64,000 bases of DNA from an uncultured bacterium. Lineage in GTDB: Bacteria; Babelota; Babeliae; Babelales; Vermiphilaceae. The position numbers and the translations under genes were made by a program. The notes beneath the pieces are model-generated. The model had not been told where the DNA came from and made no database searches. It worked only from the letters and a program-made list of their open reading frames with translations. Of the stretch, positions 48,470 to 58,185 are shown piece after piece (the stretch's first letter is position 1; every line of letters begins with the position of its first letter). The stretch covers positions 928,001 to 992,000 of the forward strand of contig OY969699.1 in the NCBI GenBank assembly GCA_963702025.1, written 5' to 3'.

Positions 48470-50355
48470 CTCCAGAAGATGCCGCCTTTAACCCAAACGC
48501 CCCATTCGGAAAGATTGCACCGCTGGCAACGGCAGTCATCGCACGGAACGGGAGGAGCGGTATTGAGTAACTGGCATGCGGCTATATTATTGCATTGCCT
48601 TTCACCGCGCCGTGGGCCAAACTCTGCCTTACCGCCAACGCCAATGTATGGCATAATATCTTCGCATTCATTCCACGTATAACTTAAATGGGCAAATATT
48701 TTGTGTGACAAACCGCGCGACTCTGCACCTTTTATATTAATGTTGGCATTTGAGAGAAAGACCGGATCATTCGAGGTAAGCTGTTGCGTGTGGGCCGCAT
48801 TGGTTTTAGATGGATCCGCATTAAGGCCCGGTTGTATCATCAACTGATTCGAATCATCAGCATTTGACCACATGGCAAATTCAGCATTATCCACATTAGT
48901 ATTTTGTCCGCCGATGGTGCCATTGGTACCCGCATAAATGGTCGCTAAACTTTCTGTTGCTGAAAGAGGAACAATTGCCGGGCCCATTGGTACCGAATCT
49001 GCTGCCGAGAACCCATAGGTCATTGCGTCACCTTTTAATGCCCACACATTTCCGGATTCCAATCGTGTTGGCCCGTATTGTTCGCTGATGGAAATTTTTT
49101 CGCATGATAGTGCCCAGAAATTATAGCCCAGATCAACCGAGAGGCCGCATGCGGTATAGTTAAATAAAGCAACGATATCAACTTGCACCGCATTGCTCAC
49201 TTTGACGGGCAATGTTGTCAGATTTGCGACCGGTGCATAAGCACCTTTAAATTGAGCAGAGGGGACTGTGCTTCCTGCAGCTGTTCCTTGCGTGACATTG
49301 GCATATAAGTTCGGGGGATTGTTTGGGGCGCCTAGTCGCTCGGCTAACATGTAGCGGCTATTTGGTTTACCTTTAAGATCGAACGTTCTTGTTTGGCTGG
49401 TGCGGCACAGGTGGGTAAAGTTGCCGTCGCAATAAAAGCCAAAGGAGCTTTCTTCATCACAACTTTCCCAGAATGTGTAATGTCCGCTGAAGCCGGCTCC
49501 CACTTCCCAGTGCTTGCCGTTACCTACAATAGGTTGAAAGGTAAAGATGCCATTCGGACGATTACCGGTTGGCGCGTAAACCCGAAAATTGAGGCCGAGA
49601 TGGTAGCATGGGCATAAAAGAAAATTATATCCGAGTGCCATTTGAATTTCTGCCAGCGCTGTTTTTTGTTGGCTCCGGTGATTGAGCCGCGCAAAGGCGA
49701 GCGGTTCAAAGGTAACACCGTCGGGCAGATCGGGAATATCTCCGGCAGAGAAAAAGTCTGATGCGGTGTCAAGAAGGTTGCCCGCCGTAATTGCTGAAGG
49801 AGTAAAATAGCCGGCAGGATACCCTGCTGGCGCTAAACCAGATATCGGTTCTTCGTGAAAATGTAAGTTCCAATTGCTAATAACCAGTGGCGCATGTGCC
49901 CTGAAATAAAGGCCGGTGAACCATTCATCCAGGCCCACATAGACATTGAAGTCCATAATAAAATTGGTTACGCGCGGTCTAAAAAAGAGAGTACTTTGAT
50001 AGGTTGGTGAAAGGCCAAAATAATCGGCGAGCCAGTCCGTTTGATTCCGGTTGGGCACTTGGCTGCCCGCAACTTGGATGGCAACTTCATTTGATGAAAA
50101 TGGTGATGGTGTGTTAAATCCAAATAAACAATGGGCAAGGGCATCCGGATCAAATGAGCGTGTTCCTTCAAGAGTTATTGCGCCGGTAATATACAGATTT
50201 TCCATGTCGTAGAGATTTACTTTGTCGGTCCATCCCATTAAATCACGGGCGGCGTCAACACTCTGCGATCGCATGCTAATATACGGTAATACGGCATGCA
50301 GGTAACTGGAATAGCATATGAGAATGCTGATCACAACGCGTACGAGGCTATTCAT
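48466..50355 (-). CDS. Putative outer-membrane beta-barrel protein, paralog 1
   Basis: Same motifs; terminal WGVWVKGGIFWS; AGGAG RBS. Confidence 0.75.
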   Translation of the reverse strand: MNSLVRVVISILICYSSYLHAVLPYISMRSQSVDAARDLMGWTDKVNLYDMENLYITGAITLEGTRSFDPDALAHCLFGFNTPSPFSSNEVAIQVAGSQVPNRNQTDWLADYFGLSPTYQSTLFFRPRVTNFIMDFNVYVGLDEWFTGLYFRAHAPLVISNWNLHFHEEPISGLAPAGYPAGYFTPSAITAGNLLDTASDFFSAGDIPDLPDGVTFEPLAFARLNHRSQQKTALAEIQMALGYNFLLCPCYHLGLNFRVYAPTGNRPNGIFTFQPIVGNGKHWEVGAGFSGHYTFWESCDEESSFGFYCDGNFTHLCRTSQTRTFDLKGKPNSRYMLAERLGAPNNPPNLYANVTQGTAAGSTVPSAQFKGAYAPVANLTTLPVKVSNAVQVDIVALFNYTACGLSVDLGYNFWALSCEKISISEQYGPTRLESGNVWALKGDAMTYGFSAADSVPMGPAIVPLSATESLATIYAGTNGTIGGQNTNVDNAEFAMWSNADDSNQLMIQPGLNADPSKTNAAHTQQLTSNDPVFLSNANINIKGAESRGLSHKIFAHLSYTWNECEDIMPYIGVGGKAEFGPRRGERQCNNIAACQLLNTAPPVPCDDCRCQRCNLSEWGVWVKGGIFWS

Positions 50356-50506
50356 AGTACAACTCCTTGTTTTTTTATAGAATTTTCGTTGTGTACTGAA
50401 TATTCATATATTTCGATTAAGAAGTCAATTAGATGAACGGTCATCGACTCTTGATGCGGTTAGCAGTATATTTATTGAAAAAAAATGAAATGCAAAATTA
50501 AAGATT

Positions 50507-50590
50507 ACACATCCTGAGTAGGCGCGTAGGGCCGTATCGAAGGATATTCAGAATATGGTTCGATAAGCCCTACGGGCACTCACCATGTGT
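50507..50590. repeat. Inverted pair of palindromic repeat units in a divergent intergenic region
   Basis: acacatcctgagta..gtatcgaagga / atggttcgata..cactcaccatgtgt. Confidence 0.85.
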
Positions 50591-50622
50591 GAATAAAAAA
50601 ATTATGGTAATAAGGTAACGTT

Positions 50623-51399
50623 ATGAACTTCATCTATTTTTGGATCGCCGCGCAAATTATTTTAGAAATGCTGCCGGTGAGTAGCTCAACTCATCTCTAT
50701 TTGCTGCAAGAATTTTTTAAAAAACGGTACAATGTTGTTACACTCAAAGATTTCTATTATTTTTTGCATCTTCCCACCCTTATAATAGTTACCACTTACT
50801 TTGGACGATCGTGGTTGCAGTTGTTATTTGATGCAGGCACTTTGAATGTAAAACCATTAATATGGGTTATGATTGCTGATGGCATCACCGGCATCACATT
50901 CTTGCTAATGCGTAAATCAAAAAAAGAGTTTCCGATTTACATTGGCCTTTGTGTTACCGCATGTGCACTCTGGTTAACGGCCTGGTGTTTGAGCACACAC
51001 TCGATAGGGGTCTGGCAGTATCATGATGCAATAATTCTGGGAATTGCCCAATCGGCTGCCCTATTGCCCGGCATTTCGCGGCTTGCATTTACGTGTAGCG
51101 TTGGATGTTTGCTGGGCTTTTCACTGATAGACTCTTTTTTTCTTTCATGGCTAATGTATGCGCCGCTTATGGCCGCCGCATGTGCAAAAAGCATACTGGA
51201 TTTATACAAACAGCATGCGCTTAAACAACTATTGAATCCGCCGGTGCTGTTGGTTATTATCATGAGTGGAGTTGTTAGTTATGTGGTTTTTATGGCAGTT
51301 ACCATGATGATTAATGCTAACACCTTTTTTCTATGGGGATGGTATATGATGCTGCCATTGGCGCTGTGCGTGTGGTTAGCGATTAAAAAAAGAGACTAA
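50623..51399 (+). CDS. uppP: Undecaprenyl-diphosphate phosphatase (BacA)
   Basis: EMLPVSSSTHL, AQSAALLPGISR; polytopic membrane protein. Confidence 0.85.
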   Translation: MNFIYFWIAAQIILEMLPVSSSTHLYLLQEFFKKRYNVVTLKDFYYFLHLPTLIIVTTYFGRSWLQLLFDAGTLNVKPLIWVMIADGITGITFLLMRKSKKEFPIYIGLCVTACALWLTAWCLSTHSIGVWQYHDAIILGIAQSAALLPGISRLAFTCSVGCLLGFSLIDSFFLSWLMYAPLMAAACAKSILDLYKQHALKQLLNPPVLLVIIMSGVVSYVVFMAVTMMINANTFFLWGWYMMLPLALCVWLAIKKRD

Positions 51400-51416
51400 A
51401 ATCAAGAGGGGGGAGT

Positions 51417-53702
51417 ATGCTGAGTATCTTTAAACAGGCTGCGTCAAAAAAAGAGGCATGGCCCTTTAGCCATGAAATAAAAATAATTTTTAGCGTAGCA
51501 ATAACTATTTTTTTAGGGGTGTCACTTATTTCTTACCGCCATACTGATTGTTCCTGGTTTTATTTTGATTCTTCCGGCCACGCAATCGGCAATTGGTGTG
51601 GCATGGTTGGGGCATATACCGCATCATTAAGTTATTACTTGTTTGGCACCGCGGCGTTGCTCCTCATTTTTTTTTCCTGCTATTGGGTATATTTTTTGGT
51701 GCTCCATAAAACAATACAAGAAGAATGGGATCGCGTAGTCGCTTATGTTGCATTGTTGTATACTCTAGCTGCTGTCTTCGCGTTTCATCGCTGCACTATT
51801 CTAGCCAGAGGAATTCCCGGTGGTTTTTTTGGTCGTTTTGTTTGTAATACCCTCCAAGCACTATTTGATACCATTGGCACCATAATTTTTCTCTATACTC
51901 TGCTTTTTGTCTGCATACTTATCATTTCCCGTGTATCATTTATGCGTGTTATGAAAAAAATATATTATCTGGCATGCAGTAAAGCGGTAAAATCACGTAT
52001 TGTCTATCCGGCGCGGCGCTTGGTTGTTTCCGGGTATTCGTATCTCTATTCTCTGGCGATGCGACATCTGCAACGAGTGCTGGAGCGGGCCGGTTGGCAA
52101 TGCACGGAGCAAAAACAAGAAGAGTTTTCATTTGAAGGTGGTACCCTGGATGATCTTGATCTGCAAGATCTTTTTAATAAAGAAGCATGGCATGGTTTTT
52201 CACCAACAAATACGCCGGACAAAAATTCTCCCGAGACGGCACAAGCACCCATGCCGATCTATCAAGAAACGCAGTACAATGCGGCTGATCTTGCGCAAAA
52301 AGAGATTCCCGCTCCACTTTATGAATTGCCAAAACTTGATATGTTTATTGGCGTTGATGAAGAGCATAATGATCATGCGCTGATGCAGGAGTTGGAGAAA
52401 AGAGCAGGGGCCTTACAAGAAAAATTGGAACGGTTTGGCGTTTTTGGTAAAGTGACCGCGATAAAACGGGGGCCGGTGGTCACCTTATTTGAATATCAAC
52501 CACATATTGATACAAAAATTAGTAAAATTGTTGCCCTGGAAGATGATCTTTCGCTTGCCTTGCAAGCCACGAGTATTCGCATTATCGCACCGATTCCGGG
52601 CAGATCGGTGGTGGGATTTGAAGTGGCAAACAAACAACGGCGTGGCGTGCTATTGTCCCACTTAATTAAAAGTGATGCGTATGAAGAAACCACTGCATCA
52701 CTGCCGATGATTTTGGGTGTTGATACCATTGGCAACACCGTGATTATTGATCTTTCTAAAATGCCCCATTTATTGATGGCCGGATCAACCGGATCAGGCA
52801 AATCGGTGGCGCTCAATGCGATGCTGATTAGTTTGCTGTGCAAAGTTTCTCCTGATGATTTGCGATTGGTAATCATTGACCCTAAACGGCTTGAATTTGC
52901 GCCGTATGCGGATATTGCGCACTTATTGTTCCCGATAGTTACCGATCCAAAATTAGCGCCGCCGGTGTTGCGTTGGGTGGTCAAGCAGATGGAAACGCGG
53001 TATGAGATTATGGCGCAAAGTGGCGCGCGTAATATTGCCGATTATCGAGCGATTGCGCAAAAAAATAATCTGGACAGTATGCCATTTATTATCGTGGTGA
53101 TTGATGAGCTTGCCGATCTTATGATGACGGCAGGCAAGGAAGTTGAAGATGCTATTATTCGCATAACGCAGATGGCGCGCGCGGCCGGCATCCATTTGAT
53201 TGCCGCCACGCAACGCCCATCGGTTGACGTGATTACCGGGTTAATTAAGGTTAACTTCCCGAGCAGAATATCATTCCGTGTTACTTCTAAAATTGATTCA
53301 CGCACCATTCTTGATTGTGCCGGTGCTGATAAACTGCTGGGCAAAGGGGACATGCTCTTTCTGGATGCCAATGATGCACTATTAAAACGGGTGCATGGCG
53401 CCTATGTTCTTGATAAAGAAATTCATCAAGTTATTGGGCATATCAAATCGCAGCGGGCAGCAGATTATCTTGATGTCAAGCAGGTGTGCCAAGAAGATCG
53501 CGTAACGGTAGATTTTGAACAAGATGCTATGTATGAGCAGATTTGCCAGTTCTTGCATGAGATTGATGAAGTTTCTATTTCACTGTTGCAACGCCGTTTT
53601 AGAATCGGCTACAATCGCTCGGCGCGCATTATTGATATGCTTGAATCGGAAGGCTTAATTGCGCCATCATATGGCGGAAAGACGCGCAAAGTTATTCGGT
53701 AG
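51417..53702 (+). CDS. ftsK: DNA translocase FtsK
   Basis: N-terminal TMs; GSTGSGKS, IDELADLM, ATQRPS; gamma domain LQRRFRIGYNRSAR. Confidence 0.97.
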   Translation: MLSIFKQAASKKEAWPFSHEIKIIFSVAITIFLGVSLISYRHTDCSWFYFDSSGHAIGNWCGMVGAYTASLSYYLFGTAALLLIFFSCYWVYFLVLHKTIQEEWDRVVAYVALLYTLAAVFAFHRCTILARGIPGGFFGRFVCNTLQALFDTIGTIIFLYTLLFVCILIISRVSFMRVMKKIYYLACSKAVKSRIVYPARRLVVSGYSYLYSLAMRHLQRVLERAGWQCTEQKQEEFSFEGGTLDDLDLQDLFNKEAWHGFSPTNTPDKNSPETAQAPMPIYQETQYNAADLAQKEIPAPLYELPKLDMFIGVDEEHNDHALMQELEKRAGALQEKLERFGVFGKVTAIKRGPVVTLFEYQPHIDTKISKIVALEDDLSLALQATSIRIIAPIPGRSVVGFEVANKQRRGVLLSHLIKSDAYEETTASLPMILGVDTIGNTVIIDLSKMPHLLMAGSTGSGKSVALNAMLISLLCKVSPDDLRLVIIDPKRLEFAPYADIAHLLFPIVTDPKLAPPVLRWVVKQMETRYEIMAQSGARNIADYRAIAQKNNLDSMPFIIVVIDELADLMMTAGKEVEDAIIRITQMARAAGIHLIAATQRPSVDVITGLIKVNFPSRISFRVTSKIDSRTILDCAGADKLLGKGDMLFLDANDALLKRVHGAYVLDKEIHQVIGHIKSQRAADYLDVKQVCQEDRVTVDFEQDAMYEQICQFLHEIDEVSISLLQRRFRIGYNRSARIIDMLESEGLIAPSYGGKTRKVIR

Positions 53703-54702
53703 CATTTTCTAAATATTTTGCCGAATGCCGCGCGCCATGGTGTAATAAAATTTCTTTCATTTTTTGACTATTTTCTTTAGAAACAGTAAACGACCAATCA
53801 GTAAGATCTAAAGGAGCTATCCCCCTTTCATCGGGTGCATTTACATTAAATCCCGGCTTGGCGAGTACGTATTCAAGCATTTCCGGATAATTACTTTCCA
53901 CGATAGAATGTAATAATAAATTGCGCTGTTCAGGATTTTTTAACTGCGGAAGTGCAGATAAAAGATAATCAAGCATTTCTTTGTTGCCCGACCATGCTAT
54001 TGCGCGCAAAATTGTGTACAACTGTTCTTGCGTATATGTTTGCGGGCTTACACCGCTCAACATTTTTTTAAGCAATTGTTTTTGAGTAATTGTTTGCGCG
54101 TCGTTCAACATTTGTTTAACCAAATTAAGATCGCCTGCAAAAATCGCTGCGGCAAGAAGTGGGTAATATTCAGAACTTTGAGCGCCGGCGTTTAAGAGTG
54201 CTCGTACAATTTCATGTTGATTTTTTTGCACCTGCCCCCATGGCGGCACATCGCCACCGGATATTTCATGTCTTCCAAGGGCAATCGACATAGCTTCATC
54301 GAGGAAATACCAGGTATGGGGTTGCCCATATTCACTTATTGCTAAGTTAAGTTTATTAAGTAACCATCGCATTCCTTTATCGTAGTTAGAATTTTTGAAG
54401 GTAAATGATGTTTTTGCACCATGTTTTAGAAGAAAATCAACCATCTCAATTCTGCCAAATTGGATTGCTGCAACCAGCGGCGTGGTTGATGTTTTAAAGC
54501 TTTTGACTGCATTAACGTTGGCGCCTTTTTTGAGCAGCATTTCTGCTTTTGGTATATCATTTGTGCGGGCTGCTAGAATAAGTTGCATTTCATATGAATT
54601 ATCACCATACAGAAGATATTTAACTTCTTTTAAGAAAGTAAAAACAGGATAGGCGCAGAGTAAAGCAACGCTAATAACTATATATTTTGTTATTTTTTTC
54701 AT
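53692..54702 (-). CDS. Ankyrin-repeat protein with N-terminal membrane anchor
   Basis: GANVN, TTPLVAAI, GIAPLDL. Confidence 0.8.
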   Translation of the reverse strand: MKKITKYIVISVALLCAYPVFTFLKEVKYLLYGDNSYEMQLILAARTNDIPKAEMLLKKGANVNAVKSFKTSTTPLVAAIQFGRIEMVDFLLKHGAKTSFTFKNSNYDKGMRWLLNKLNLAISEYGQPHTWYFLDEAMSIALGRHEISGGDVPPWGQVQKNQHEIVRALLNAGAQSSEYYPLLAAAIFAGDLNLVKQMLNDAQTITQKQLLKKMLSGVSPQTYTQEQLYTILRAIAWSGNKEMLDYLLSALPQLKNPEQRNLLLHSIVESNYPEMLEYVLAKPGFNVNAPDERGIAPLDLTDWSFTVSKENSQKMKEILLHHGARHSAKYLENATE

Positions 54703-54900
54703 AATATCCTTAGTAAAGAATTAATTAATTTAATGTATACTCATTTAGTAATAGGATGGTCAAGTAAAAACAGGTTACACTGAGCACGCTGAAATTACTT
54801 GACAAATGTGCAAAAAAGAGACATTTTTTCTGCATTACAATACAATGTTACTGTTTTAGAAATTATTAAATTCATCAAGCAAAAAACGGAGAAAAAATCG

Positions 54901-56286
54901 ATGCGTTTTGATCAGCATTTTGTTAAAGGGGTTTTACCGGACGCAGAAATTCCTTATGCATCTTTCCCACAGGATGTTTCATTTTCAGTGGATACGCGGA
55001 CATTACAACCGGGTAATATTTTTGTTGCCGTAAGCGGCGCACAGGTAGACGGCCATAACTTCATTGGGCAGGCTCTCGCAAAAAATGCCGGTGGCCTTTT
55101 TATTGCGGTACATAAAAAAGAACTACTTGCAACACTTGATCAACGTCAGTTAAAAAATATATTAGTGATCATTGTTCCCGATACTTTGCAAGCATTTATC
55201 AAATTAGCGTGCGCATGGCGGGATCAATTTACCTATCCGGTTGTTGGTATTACCGGTTCGGTGGGCAAAACTTCCACCAAAGAGATTCTTAAAAATATTT
55301 TGCGTTTGAATGATATCCCCTTTGTTGCTTCTGAGGGTAATCAAAATACTCGTATTGGTGTTGCCATTAACATTTTTAAAATGAGAGCCAACCATAAAGT
55401 GGCTATTTTGGAACTGGGCATCAGCAAGCGGGGCGAGATGGCAGAACTTGCCAAAATCGCGCGTCCAACAACGGCCATTATCACCGGCATCGGCCATGCG
55501 CATATGGAAGGACTTGGTTCATTGGCTGATATCGCCTTAGAAAAACGGGATATTTTCAAATATTTTACTGAGGCGAGCATTGGCATAATTAATGGTGATC
55601 AGCCATTATTGGCAAATGTGGGGTATAATCATCCGGTGGTGAAATTCGGTTGTAAAACGATTAACCAAATTCAAGCCAGAAAAATACAGATTAGTGGAAG
55701 CTCCATCAGCTTTATTTTAAAAATTTATCGTGAAAAATATACCATTACTTTGCAGCACGTGCATGAAGGTGCCGTGATGAATTCTCTGGCAGCAACGGCC
55801 GCCGCATATTTACTCAATATTCCGGTTGCGCGTATTATTCAAGGAATCCAGCAACTATTACAGGTGGCCGGCAGATTTGAAGAGAAAATGCTTGCGCGCA
55901 AAAAGGGCACAATTATTCATGATTGTTATAATGCCAACCCAGAAAGCATGAAGGCAGCGCTTTTGGCATTCCAAAAAATTGAAACAAACGGTCAAAAAAT
56001 TGCCGTGCTTGGTGATATGTTGGAACTGGGCGTTAATTCCCCTTTTTGGCATCGGCAACTGGGTAGATTTTTGCGCAAAGTGCCATCGTTAAAACATCTG
56101 ATTTTAGTTGGTGATATGGTCAAGTGGACGTATAAAACTGTGCCGGTTACCGTGAGCGTTGAGATAGTGCAAAGCTGGCAAGAAGCGGTTGCGAAATTGG
56201 AAGAAAAGCTGGCCAATGAATCGGTTGTTTTGGTAAAAGGATCACGGGGCATAGCGCTTGATAATTTGGTACAGAAGTTTACGTAA
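54901..56286 (+). CDS. murF: UDP-MurNAc-tripeptide--D-Ala-D-Ala ligase
   Basis: DTR, DGH, GITGSVGKTSTK, DCYNANPES, LGDMLELG, VKGSRG. Confidence 0.92.
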   Translation: MRFDQHFVKGVLPDAEIPYASFPQDVSFSVDTRTLQPGNIFVAVSGAQVDGHNFIGQALAKNAGGLFIAVHKKELLATLDQRQLKNILVIIVPDTLQAFIKLACAWRDQFTYPVVGITGSVGKTSTKEILKNILRLNDIPFVASEGNQNTRIGVAINIFKMRANHKVAILELGISKRGEMAELAKIARPTTAIITGIGHAHMEGLGSLADIALEKRDIFKYFTEASIGIINGDQPLLANVGYNHPVVKFGCKTINQIQARKIQISGSSISFILKIYREKYTITLQHVHEGAVMNSLAATAAAYLLNIPVARIIQGIQQLLQVAGRFEEKMLARKKGTIIHDCYNANPESMKAALLAFQKIETNGQKIAVLGDMLELGVNSPFWHRQLGRFLRKVPSLKHLILVGDMVKWTYKTVPVTVSVEIVQSWQEAVAKLEEKLANESVVLVKGSRGIALDNLVQKFT

Positions 56287-56289
56287 AAT

Positions 56290-57216
56290 ATGGTAAAAAA
56301 TAGTTCGTCGTTAAAAAAATTAAAACCGGTTACCGCACATAAACCAGTTCTTGTGCAAGAAGTTCTTGATAATCTTGTAATCAAGCCGCACGGCCTCTAT
56401 CTGGATGTTACCTTTGGCTCGGGCGGACACACGCGTGCCATTTTGGAAAAAGAGCCGACATGTCAGGTGATTGCCATGGATTGGGATGCTCTTGCACTTG
56501 AAACATTTGGCCATCCCCTGCAAGAAGAATTTGCTGATCGGCTCACGCTGTTGTGGGGGAACTTTTCAAATCTGTATAAATTACTTAAAAAATATGACAT
56601 TCAAGAAGTTGATGGCATTTTAGCAGATTTTGGCACGTCCCAAATACAGATTGCACAAACTCCGGGTATTTCCCTTTTTCGTGATACACCGCTTGATATG
56701 CGATTGTCATCAGCGCATCAACAAGTAACTGCCGCTGATGTGCTCAATAGATCTTCCCAGGAAAAATTGGCGCAGCTTTTTTTTCAGTTGGGAGAAGAGC
56801 CCAAAAGTAGGCAGATTGCGCGTGCGATCGTTGCTGCGCGAAGCAAAAAATCATTTACTACCACGGGCCAGCTCGTTGATGTTATTGAATCCGTGATTCC
56901 CAACAAAGGCAAGAGGGGCATACATCCGGCAACCAAAGTTTTCCAAGCATTGCGCATTTATGTTAACCATGAGCTTGAAAATATTCAGGCTTTTTTGCCC
57001 GCGGCGGTTACCGCGTTAAAAACCGGCGGCCGTTTGGCATGCATTAGCTTTCATTCATTAGAAGATCGTATGGTAAAACAGTTTTTTAAGGATCAAGAAT
57101 TGGCGCACACGCTCGAGATTGTTACCGGTCGGGCACTTGTGGCAACCGATGAAGAACTTATGCAAAATCCGTCTGCTCGTTCGGCCAAACTGAGGGTTGC
57201 GCAAAAGCTAAAATAG
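56290..57216 (+). CDS. rsmH: 16S rRNA m4C1402 methyltransferase
   Basis: HKPVL, TFGSGGH, PLDMR, FQALRIYVN, ISFHSLEDR, RSAKLR. Confidence 0.97.
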   Translation: MVKNSSSLKKLKPVTAHKPVLVQEVLDNLVIKPHGLYLDVTFGSGGHTRAILEKEPTCQVIAMDWDALALETFGHPLQEEFADRLTLLWGNFSNLYKLLKKYDIQEVDGILADFGTSQIQIAQTPGISLFRDTPLDMRLSSAHQQVTAADVLNRSSQEKLAQLFFQLGEEPKSRQIARAIVAARSKKSFTTTGQLVDVIESVIPNKGKRGIHPATKVFQALRIYVNHELENIQAFLPAAVTALKTGGRLACISFHSLEDRMVKQFFKDQELAHTLEIVTGRALVATDEELMQNPSARSAKLRVAQKLK

Positions 57217-57227
57217 ATAGGATACCT

Positions 57228-58067
57228 ATGATAAAATACTATCTCTTGAGTTTTTTCTCATTCACCACAATGATTGCCATGGAAACGGCGCCGACAGAGG
57301 ATCATTGGACTTTTTACGAATCAAGCCTTAATGCTGCCCAGCAGGTTAAGATTGTTGTGCCTAGAACAATAGTCGACGTTGGATGCGGGTGGGGCAGTAT
57401 TACGGCGCGTGTTGCAAGGGAAGATTCCGAATGCGAGGTGATTGGCATTGACAGTCACCATTTTGCTATCAGTAAGGCAATCGAGAAATATGGTGATCAG
57501 CCAAATCTTACCTATATTTGTACCGATCCGAAAGATTTGGCACTCTCATTTCACAAAAAAGTAGATTTGGTTCTTTGTAATTCAATGCTGCATTGGTTCT
57601 CTTATCCGGATCAAAAAAAGATGCTCAAACAGATGGCGCAGATACTCAAAAAAGGGGGGAACGCGCAAATTAGTATGGATGGCAACTATACCATCGAATA
57701 CCAAAGATACTTTAGTAGATTGTGGCCTGCTATTGCGAAAAAACATCGTATCGATCCGTTTGAGCAGCAGGTGTTTCCGCGTACAGTGGACTCATTTAGA
57801 ATCCTTGCCCATCTGGCTGGATTTACCGTGAAATCTCTTGAAATAAAGGATATTTGTAAAACCTTTGAGGGGGAAGGCGCCTTTAAAAATTGGGTTCGCA
57901 AAGGGGTGGTTCTAATACCGATTATTTCTACCATAACCGATAGAAAAAAAAGAATAAGCATCGTTGAAGAAATTGTAGATGAATTCACCCTGTATGCGAT
58001 TAAGGCTGATCGGGGTAAAATTGAGTATGAATACTCAATTTTATTGGCTTGGCTAGAAAAAAGGTAG
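57228..58067 (+). CDS. Class I SAM-dependent methyltransferase (Tam-like) with signal peptide
   Basis: VDVGCGWG, IGID, CNSMLHW, LKKGG; MI-AME N-terminus. Confidence 0.8.
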   Translation: MIKYYLLSFFSFTTMIAMETAPTEDHWTFYESSLNAAQQVKIVVPRTIVDVGCGWGSITARVAREDSECEVIGIDSHHFAISKAIEKYGDQPNLTYICTDPKDLALSFHKKVDLVLCNSMLHWFSYPDQKKMLKQMAQILKKGGNAQISMDGNYTIEYQRYFSRLWPAIAKKHRIDPFEQQVFPRTVDSFRILAHLAGFTVKSLEIKDICKTFEGEGAFKNWVRKGVVLIPIISTITDRKKRISIVEEIVDEFTLYAIKADRGKIEYEYSILLAWLEKR

Positions 58068-58096
58068 GCCAAATGAACAAAAAGTGGCTAAAAATA

Positions 58097-58124
58097 TTGA
58101 CAAAAAGAGATGATCTTATACAAT
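58097..58124 (+). promoter_or_regulatory. Sigma70-type promoter for spoVG and tRNA-Gln
   Basis: TTGACA-16 nt-TACAAT. Confidence 0.6.
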
Positions 58125-58185
58125 AAAGTCACTGTTAATCAGAAATTAAGAGGGTTGTAATACTAAAGCTCTAAGGAAAGCAGTC

